The position numbers and the translations under genes were made by a program. Positions 57,833 through 64,000 of a stretch of DNA of 64,000 nucleotides are shown here, in pieces (position 1 is the stretch's first letter; each line of letters starts with the position of its first letter). The notes beneath the pieces were generated by a model, which saw nothing but the letters and a program-made list of their open reading frames with translations, did not search any database and was not told the DNA's origin. Source of the stretch: an uncultured Gemmatimonadales bacterium (GTDB lineage Bacteria > Gemmatimonadota > Gemmatimonadetes > Longimicrobiales > Gaopeijiaceae); assembly GCA_963809895.1 (NCBI GenBank), contig CAWELD010000003.1, positions 2,720,001-2,784,000 of the forward strand, read 5' to 3'.

Positions 57833-58874
57833 CCGGGGGCGAGCCACTCTCGCGAGCCGCGAGCCGGCGGAGCACCGCATCCATGGCGTCCTGCCGCTCG
57901 CGCTCGCCACGGAGGACGGCGGGCCATTCCGCGTCCAGGGCGTCCCAGAGTCCCTCCCAGCCCCGGAAGCCCGTGAGGCCCTCCGCCACCGCGTACGGAT
58001 CGTAGCTGGAGTCGCCGGACTCTTTCGCGACCCCGCGCGTGAAATACCCCGCGGTATAGAAGATCAGGGCGTGGTAGAGGTTGGGGTTGGCCGCGATTCC
58101 GGCCCGCTGGGCAGAAGCGGCGATGGCCTCGCGTGAGGCCCCCTGTAACGAGCGCGTGTGGGACGACTCGTGGAACACGAGCTCCATGGCCCGGAGTCCC
58201 TGGTTGCCGGGATCGGTGGACCAGACGACGGTGTGGATGGGCCCGTTGGAGGTGTAGCCACCGGCCCAGTTGGCGTAGGCCGACGCATCCACCCTCACCC
58301 GTCCGTCCGACCAGGTGCCCCCGTAGCTGCGCTCCGCCAGGCGCACCCACGCCTCTTCGTGGGCGCGGACCAGGGGCGCCGCCCCGGAGATCCAGCGCCG
58401 ATTGGCGGCGTCGTGGTCGGGCCACCAGTGCTGGAGGTAGACGGGCATGGCGGTGGCCAGCGCCTCGGCGACACCCGGGATGTCATCGGGAGGACGTGCC
58501 GAGGGGTCGCCATCGAGCCGTGTCAGGCCGGTCTTGAGCTCCAGCATGGCATCGTCGAAATGGTCCCGGGGCGCGACGTGCTCGCGGTAGAAGCTCAACG
58601 CCGCCAGCCAGGCCTCCCGATCGGCCGGGTCCAGGTCGCGCAGATCGGCTCGCTCGGGCACGTCCACCGCCTGACGCCCCCGTCCGAGCCCCTGATCGGC
58701 GCGCGACCACTGATAGAGAAAGTGGTGGAGGTTGATCCACGGGTCGCTGTGGAAGGCGAAGCGCGCGGTCTCCGCCACCAGAGAGCCCCCGGCCCTGGGC
58801 GAGTCACTCCCCGACCAGCCACCCCCAAGCACCACAGTCAGTGCCAGCATTCCCTGCATCGCACCCATCCACAT
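57819..58874 (-). CDS. Hypothetical exported protein with HExxH motif
   Basis: Hydrophobic N-terminus, WINLHHFLY, ELVFHESSH, downstream HALIF. Confidence 0.75.
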   Translation of the reverse strand: MWMGAMQGMLALTVVLGGGWSGSDSPRAGGSLVAETARFAFHSDPWINLHHFLYQWSRADQGLGRGRQAVDVPERADLRDLDPADREAWLAALSFYREHVAPRDHFDDAMLELKTGLTRLDGDPSARPPDDIPGVAEALATAMPVYLQHWWPDHDAANRRWISGAAPLVRAHEEAWVRLAERSYGGTWSDGRVRVDASAYANWAGGYTSNGPIHTVVWSTDPGNQGLRAMELVFHESSHTRSLQGASREAIAASAQRAGIAANPNLYHALIFYTAGYFTRGVAKESGDSSYDPYAVAEGLTGFRGWEGLWDALDAEWPAVLRGERERQDAMDAVLRRLAARESGSPPATPS

Positions 58875-58928
58875 CTGCGGGCCTCCTTCAGCGTTCGTGG
58901 CCGATCCGACATCACGCTCCCAACGCTA

Positions 58929-59741
58929 TCACGCCCCACCCGCGCGCGTATTGAAGGAATCGGCGAGCCGCCGGGCCAGGAAGCGCCGCGGGGTCTCGCC
59001 CAGGAGGCCGCGGCACTCGCGGATGAGGTGGGCCTGATCGGCATAGCCCGTGCCCAGGGCCACCTCCACGCCGTTCCCGGGGGGCGCGCCCCGCAGAGCC
59101 TGCAGCGTGGTCAGCAGCCTGCGGATGCGCTGCACGGTCTTGGGAGCCAACCCGATGTCCGCCCGGGCCACCGCGCGGAGCGTGCGGGGCGACACGCCCA
59201 ACCGGCGGCACACCTCTCCCACCCTGGACCCCGGTGCCTCGGCGAGGGCCGCCATCAGCCCCCGCACCCGCCAGTCCGGTGCCGTGCCGGCGAGCCGCCG
59301 CTCCAGGAAGTCCATGAGCACGCTTCCCACCCGCACGGGATCCCCCTCGTCCTCCAGGCGGCGTGCGAGGGCGCGGCCCGAAGCTCCCAGCAGCTCCTCC
59401 AGACGGGCACCCCGGTCCGTGAGCTCGGCGGCGGGCAGCCGCACGAGCAACGGAAGGGCACCGGGGGTCAGGCGGACGCCGACGGTGAAGGCACGACTCG
59501 CCTGATCCACGTCCACGAAGCGGGAACGGGCACCCACCGCCACCAATCGGGTGCGTCCGTCGCGCATGCGATGGAGAATGACGTGAGGGTGGGCGTCGGC
59601 TACCACCCGCCAGCGCCGGCCGGCCCCTCCCCCCTGTCCACGCAGGACCCAGGCCTCCTGGACCGTCTCCGCCAGCGACGTCGGCACGGCGAGGCGTCGG
59701 AGGCGGTCCGCCGCGCGCCCTCCCTGATCGAGCGTGATCAC
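58929..59741 (-). CDS. AraC family regulator (DUF6597-type N-domain)
   Basis: GTGA overlap with ROK stop; VGVRLTPG, LGVSPRTL, GYADQAHLIRECR..GETP. Confidence 0.88.
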   Translation of the reverse strand: MITLDQGGRAADRLRRLAVPTSLAETVQEAWVLRGQGGGAGRRWRVVADAHPHVILHRMRDGRTRLVAVGARSRFVDVDQASRAFTVGVRLTPGALPLLVRLPAAELTDRGARLEELLGASGRALARRLEDEGDPVRVGSVLMDFLERRLAGTAPDWRVRGLMAALAEAPGSRVGEVCRRLGVSPRTLRAVARADIGLAPKTVQRIRRLLTTLQALRGAPPGNGVEVALGTGYADQAHLIRECRGLLGETPRRFLARRLADSFNTRAGGA

Positions 59742-60646
59742 CCCTGGCCCCCGCGGGGCCACAGCCAGGCGGCGCCCCGCACGCCCGATGCGTCGCCGTG
59801 GCGGTGGCGGACCACCCGCACCGCGACCTCGTCGGAGAAGACGTACGGAGGAAGCGCCTCCTGAACGCGCTCGGGCAGCCCCGCCAGGTTGGAGACACCC
59901 CCTCCCAGCACCACCACGTCCGGATCCAGGATGTTGACCACCACGCCGAGGGCCCGGGCCAGACGGTCGACGTAACGATCCAGCGTGGCTCCTGCGCCCG
60001 GGTCGCCCACCGATGCCGCCTCGGCGATCTCGGGAGCGCTCAGGGTCCGGCCCGTGGCGCGCTCGTGATCGGCGGCCATCCCGGGGCCCGAGAGAAAGGT
60101 CTCTACACACCCGCTCCTGCCGCAGTAGCAGGGCAGGCCCGGACGCTCGTCGTCGGTGGGCGCGGGCAGGGGGTTGTGTCCCCACTCTCCCGCGATCCTG
60201 CTCGCGCCTTCCAGACAGTGGCCGTCCAGGACGATCCCGCCACCCACGCCGGTGCCCAGGATCACCCCGAAGACGCAGCCCGCACCGGCGGCCGCGCCGT
60301 CGGTGGCCTCCGACAGGGCGAAGCAGTTCGCATCGTTCGTGACCCGGACCGGCCGTTGCAGGGCGGCGGCCAGATCCTCATCGAAGGGCCGTCCGATCAT
60401 CCAGGTGGAGTTGGCGTTCTTCACCAGCCCGGTCCGCGGCGACAGGGCCCCGGGGATGCCCACACCCACCGGGCCCCGCTGGCCGGTCCGGTCCTCCAGC
60501 TCGGCCACGAGCCCGGCGATGGCCTCCAGCGTCGCCGGATAGTCGCCGCGGGGCGTGGGGATCCGCAGGCGAACCGCCTCCGCACCCGACTCCGCGAGGG
60601 CGATCCCCTCGATCTTCGTCCCACCCAGATCGATCCCGATGCGCAT
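59738..60646 (-). CDS. mak: ROK family sugar kinase (fructokinase Mak-like)
   Basis: IGIDLGGTK, NDANCFALSE, GTGVGGG, AGEWGH, CYCGRSGC, LGGGVS, HGDASGVRGAAWLW. Confidence 0.9.
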   Translation of the reverse strand: MRIGIDLGGTKIEGIALAESGAEAVRLRIPTPRGDYPATLEAIAGLVAELEDRTGQRGPVGVGIPGALSPRTGLVKNANSTWMIGRPFDEDLAAALQRPVRVTNDANCFALSEATDGAAAGAGCVFGVILGTGVGGGIVLDGHCLEGASRIAGEWGHNPLPAPTDDERPGLPCYCGRSGCVETFLSGPGMAADHERATGRTLSAPEIAEAASVGDPGAGATLDRYVDRLARALGVVVNILDPDVVVLGGGVSNLAGLPERVQEALPPYVFSDEVAVRVVRHRHGDASGVRGAAWLWPRGGQG

Positions 60647-60773
60647 GTCCACTCCCCGTGCAGCCCGCAAGCGGCCGGGGTCCGCCACACCGCGTGACGG
60701 ACCCCGGTGAAGACCCACGATCCGGCCGACCCCCCGCCGAAGGCAAGCGGCGCCGGAAGGCGCGGGCGTTCCC

Positions 60774-60896
60774 TCAGCGCTTCTCCTCGCCGGAATCCGG
60801 CTTCGAACGGCCGGCCTTCCAGATGAAGAAGATGGACACCAGCACGAGCACGTAGATGAAATCCGACGCGGGGTCGTGAGGGATCTTGCTGAACAT
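60774..60896 (-). CDS. Small single-pass membrane protein (40 aa), below the ORF-track cutoff
   Basis: GGAGG RBS then MFSKIPHDPASDFIYVLVLVSIFFIWKAGRSKPDSGEEKR*; GC-rich third positions. Confidence 0.6.
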   Translation of the reverse strand: MFSKIPHDPASDFIYVLVLVSIFFIWKAGRSKPDSGEEKR

Positions 60897-60995
60897 GTCG
60901 GCCTCCAAGGGCCTCGGGGATGACGACGGTCGCGCCGTGGTGGCACGAGCCAGTGGAGTGCGCGCCGCGCGGTCGGTGCCGGCGGCAGCGGAACG

Positions 60996-61364
60996 TCAAC
61001 CCCGCCCCGGAGGCGCGGTGGAGCGGTGAGGCAGGAAGAGACCGGCCGAGAGCCCGGACAGCCTCGGCGGCGGCAGCGACGAGCGACGTGGACGGTACGC
61101 CCCCGCGCCCGTGTGGCGAGGCGCCCGGAGGGCCGCGGCCGAGAGGTCCCCGTCGTCCGGGACCGGGCCCCGCTCGCGCAGGCCCGTGGCCTCGAGCGCC
61201 TCTCCGGCGCCGGCCATGAGCCCAGGCTCCGACGCCGGCCGACGCACGGCGTGGACCTCGCCTCCCGTCGCGTGTTCGATCCCCCCCGTCGCGGGCCGGG
61301 CCGGGCCTGGCGCCCGCGGGGCCAGACCGAGCGCGAGCCCGAGCGCGAGCAGGACCAGCCGCAC
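60996..61364 (-). CDS. Possible leader-like exported protein ending ...LPHRSTAPPGRG
   Basis: GTG 61364 then VRLVLLALGLALGLAP signal-like segment and a low-complexity body; weak support. Confidence 0.35.
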   Translation of the reverse strand: MRLVLLALGLALGLAPRAPGPARPATGGIEHATGGEVHAVRRPASEPGLMAGAGEALEATGLRERGPVPDDGDLSAAALRAPRHTGAGAYRPRRSSLPPPRLSGLSAGLFLPHRSTAPPGRG

Positions 61365-61606
61365 CGGACCCCACCTGGTGGAGGTCGGGCCGACGCAGGC
61401 AGTCGAGGTGGTCTGTGGGATTGCCGTCAAGTGTCGGGTGGTGTCGGGGTCCAGGAAGGCGCCGCGTGGGCGGAGCCCCCACGAACCATGCGGTCGTCGG
61501 GAGCGTTCGGGCAATGGAGTCGGGAACCCGGCACCGTGGCGCCGGTACCCGCAGGAGAGCGCTCGTCCCTCCCCCATCCGCCCGTTCGCACCCCGGCAGA
61601 CTCGCC

Positions 61607-62416
61607 ATGTACTACCGACGGAACCCCACCCGGTTTCACCTCTCCCTCACGCTCGCGGCCGTCGCGGCAGCTGGCCTGGTCCCTTCGGCCCTGCGCGCGC
61701 AGGAGGCCGTGCCGACCCGACTGCTCGTGCGCGCCGTGGCCAACGACGCCAAGGTGATCGGCTCCGGCGTGGGTGGCGCACGCATCACCGTACTGGAGGC
61801 CGGCACGGGTGAGGTCCTGGCCGAGGGCGTCCAGGAAGGGTCCACCGGTGATACCGGGCGCATCATGGGCGCCCGGGCTCGGGGCGACACGGTGTTCGAC
61901 GTGGAGGGCACGGCGGGGTGGGAGACCACGCTCTCCCTCACCGGCCCGACGCCCGTGGAGATCGTGGCCGAAGGACCGCTCGGCACGCCGCACGCGACAC
62001 AGCGCGCCACCACGACCCTCCTGCTGCTGCCTGGAGAGGACGTGGTCGGCGAGGGTCTGGTGCTGGTCCTCCACGGCTTCACGGTGGAGATCCTCGGGCC
62101 CGACGACGGCGCCGAGCTCCGGCAAGGCCAGCCGCTGACGATCCGAGCGCGCATCACCATGCTGTGCGGATGCCCCACGGAGCCCGGGGGCAGGTGGGAC
62201 TCGGACCGCTACACGATTCGCGCCGAGCTCGTCCGGGGCGGCGCGCCCGTGGCGGCCGGGACACTCGCGTACGCCGGCGAGACCAGCACCTACGAGGGCA
62301 CGCTCTCCGTGCCCACGAGCCTGGACCCCGGCGAGTACACGCTCCGGGTCACCGCCGCCGATCCCGCACGGGCCAATCTGGGGATGGCCGAGACGGTCAT
62401 GCGGGCGGGGCGTTGA
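61607..62416 (+). CDS. Exported hypothetical protein with MLCGCP motif
   Basis: Signal peptide, VRAVANDAKVIGSGVGG, GSTGDT, MLCGCPTEPGGRWD. Confidence 0.8.
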   Translation: MYYRRNPTRFHLSLTLAAVAAAGLVPSALRAQEAVPTRLLVRAVANDAKVIGSGVGGARITVLEAGTGEVLAEGVQEGSTGDTGRIMGARARGDTVFDVEGTAGWETTLSLTGPTPVEIVAEGPLGTPHATQRATTTLLLLPGEDVVGEGLVLVLHGFTVEILGPDDGAELRQGQPLTIRARITMLCGCPTEPGGRWDSDRYTIRAELVRGGAPVAAGTLAYAGETSTYEGTLSVPTSLDPGEYTLRVTAADPARANLGMAETVMRAGR

Positions 62417-63165
62417 GGGCTGGGGTCCCGGAGGGGGAGGCGATCTCGGTCGCCATTCCGGGACCTCTGGTCCGCGCCCGCTTCGTCGCCCGACCGAACC
62501 GCTTCGTCCTGCGCGTCACCCTGGACGACGACAAGGGCGGGCCCGCAGGGGAGCCGGTAGAAGCCCACATGGCCGATCCCGGTCGCCTCGAGGAGCTCCT
62601 GCTGCCGGGTGCTCACCTGCTCCTGCGACCGGCCCGCAAGGCCGCCCGCCGCACCCGCTGGAGCGCCGTGCTGGTGGAGGCGCCGCAGGGCGGATGGGTC
62701 TCTCTCGACACGACGCTGCCCAACCGGCTCGTGGCCCGCGCGCTGGAAGCCGGAGCGCTCGACGAGCTCGCGGGCTGGCAGCTCGTCCGGCGGGAGTGGA
62801 CCCACGGTCGCTCGCGTTTCGACTTCCTGCTGGCGCACGAGACCGGTGACAGGATGGCGCTCGAGGTGAAGAGCGTGACCCTGGTCGAGGACGGCGTGGC
62901 CCGCTTTCCCGACGCGGTCACCGCCCGGGGCGCGCGGCACGTGAGCGAGCTCACGGACCTCGCCGGCCGGCCCGGTTGGCAGGCCACCGTCCTGTTCGTA
63001 CTCCAGCGAGACGACGCCCGGCGGATCCACGCAGCGCCGGACATCGACCCCGTGTTCGCACAGGCCCTGGAGGATGCGCGCGCGGCCGGCGTCCGCATCC
63101 TGGGGCGGCGCTGCCGGGTGGCACCCGCGGGTGTGACGCTGGGAGCGCCGGTCCCGGCGGGATAA
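62413..63165 (+). CDS. sfsA: DNA/RNA nuclease SfsA
   Basis: RPNRF, AHMADPGRLEELL, SRFDFLL, EVKSVTL, FPDAVTARGARH, IDPVF; TTG start inferred from TTGA overlap. Confidence 0.92.
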   Translation: MRAGVPEGEAISVAIPGPLVRARFVARPNRFVLRVTLDDDKGGPAGEPVEAHMADPGRLEELLLPGAHLLLRPARKAARRTRWSAVLVEAPQGGWVSLDTTLPNRLVARALEAGALDELAGWQLVRREWTHGRSRFDFLLAHETGDRMALEVKSVTLVEDGVARFPDAVTARGARHVSELTDLAGRPGWQATVLFVLQRDDARRIHAAPDIDPVFAQALEDARAAGVRILGRRCRVAPAGVTLGAPVPAG

Positions 63166-63180
63166 CGCCGTCCGCTCGGA

Positions 63181-63930
63181 TCAGGCCCCGCCGCCCAGTG
63201 CCTCCAGGCGGCGCTGGGCACCGCGGTTCTGGGGATCCAGCTCCAGCGTCTTTCGGTAGGCTGCCAGCGCCCCCTCGGTGTCGCCCGCGGCCTCCCGGAG
63301 CTGACCCGTGGCGAACCAGGCCTGGGGCGAGTCGGGATAGAACTCCAGCGCCAGATCCATGACGGCCATGGCCTCGGGCACATGGTCGCCACGGGCCAAC
63401 GACGTCCCGGTCTCCAGCAGCGGGCGAACGCCGAAGTCGTAGGCACGACCACCGAAGTAGCGCTCGCGGAGCTCCTTGTAGCGTGCCTGGGCGGCATCGG
63501 CACCGTCCTCCAGCGCCGTGCGCTCCAACACGGACTCGATGGGCTCGGGCCGCGACACCCCCCCGTGGCAGGTGGAACAGGTCACGGCCACGTTGGGCTC
63601 ACGCCGCTCGGGGAGCGCGCTCAGGTACTCGCCGTTGATGGCCTGCACCATCTTGAGCATCTGGCGAGCCTTCCGCTTGAGGGCCTTGTCGTCGGAGGCG
63701 AAATCGTAGGTGGAGAACGGCTGTCCCTCCTCGCCTACGTGGCAGTTGCTGCACCGGTAGCCGGTGGCGAAGGAGAATCCCCTCATGACCGCCGTGAGCT
63801 CGTTGCGGGCGATGTCTTTCGGAAGCACCTGCAGGTTCTCGAAGGTGTCCGGAATCTGGGCCTTGACCGGCGCCGCCAGCACCAGGGCAGCGGCCAGGGC
63901 GGTCACGCCGCCATTCACCGTGGTACGCAC
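63181..63930 (-). CDS. Di-heme c-type cytochrome (reaction-centre cytochrome c-like) fused to a TPR domain
   Basis: AGGAG RBS then GTG 63930; signal peptide, NLQVL, CSNCH, DFASD, KARQM, CSTCHGG, C-terminal TPR. Confidence 0.88.
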   Translation of the reverse strand: MRTTVNGGVTALAAALVLAAPVKAQIPDTFENLQVLPKDIARNELTAVMRGFSFATGYRCSNCHVGEEGQPFSTYDFASDDKALKRKARQMLKMVQAINGEYLSALPERREPNVAVTCSTCHGGVSRPEPIESVLERTALEDGADAAQARYKELRERYFGGRAYDFGVRPLLETGTSLARGDHVPEAMAVMDLALEFYPDSPQAWFATGQLREAAGDTEGALAAYRKTLELDPQNRGAQRRLEALGGGA

Positions 63931-64000
63931 GTCGTTCGCTCCTGAGGAGAGGGTAGAGGGCCGAGCGGACTGGGGCAGGAATGACAATCTGAGGGGGGCC

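Noticed and set aside
63181..63930. Evidence of phototrophy from the reaction-centre-like cytochrome
   Set aside because: Only two heme motifs, a TPR fusion and no puf/bch genes nearby.
1..64000. Hundreds of long alternative-frame and antisense ORFs in the ORF track (e.g. 1929..3653, 28806..30959, 47149..49767)
   Set aside because: Arg/Pro/Gly/Ala-rich shadow ORFs expected at this GC content; they overlap well-supported genes and lack motifs.
1..64000. CRISPR array, tRNA, rRNA, integrase or transposase
   Set aside because: No regularly spaced repeats, RNA gene signatures or recombinase motifs were seen by eye; a divergent small RNA could have been missed.

Overview
A very GC-rich, gene-dense bacterial chromosomal segment. 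The gene repertoire suggests Gemmatimonadota or Acidobacteriota (inference only): PadR-ADOP permease pairs, a DUF5916 protein, Ig/TolB lipoproteins and many secreted peptidases. About 57 plausible CDS; no rRNA, tRNA, CRISPR array or transposase was seen. Main blocks: (1) 4.7-14.8 kb, a secreted-peptidase region (S10, M1, M20, S9) that includes a Tat-signal, stand-alone LanC-like protein translationally coupled to the M1 peptidase, with no lanthipeptide precursor or dehydratase in the window. (2) A TipA-type MerR regulator with a 19-bp-spacer promoter, probable leaderless start and an internal RBS for a TipAS-like isoform. (3) 21.3-30 kb, an amino-acid/ATP-grasp run: Cys/Met PLP lyase, NhaC-family transporter, RimB-like protease, RimK, AstE/AspA, APC permease, ComD/ComE-like decarboxylase and saccharopine/lysine dehydrogenase. 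(4) 31-40 kb, an anaerobic benzoyl-CoA dearomatisation operon (tetR-had-oah-SDR-dch-bcrCBAD plus a small CxxC protein) with tandem operators, a compact BcrA and no ferredoxin gene. (5) A 351-bp MITE with 31-bp TIRs inserted at a stop codon. (6) Three PadR-ADOP modules, each with a different upstream operator-like motif. Four genes carry frameshifts, more likely assembly errors than biology. Family assignments come from motif recognition, not database searches.
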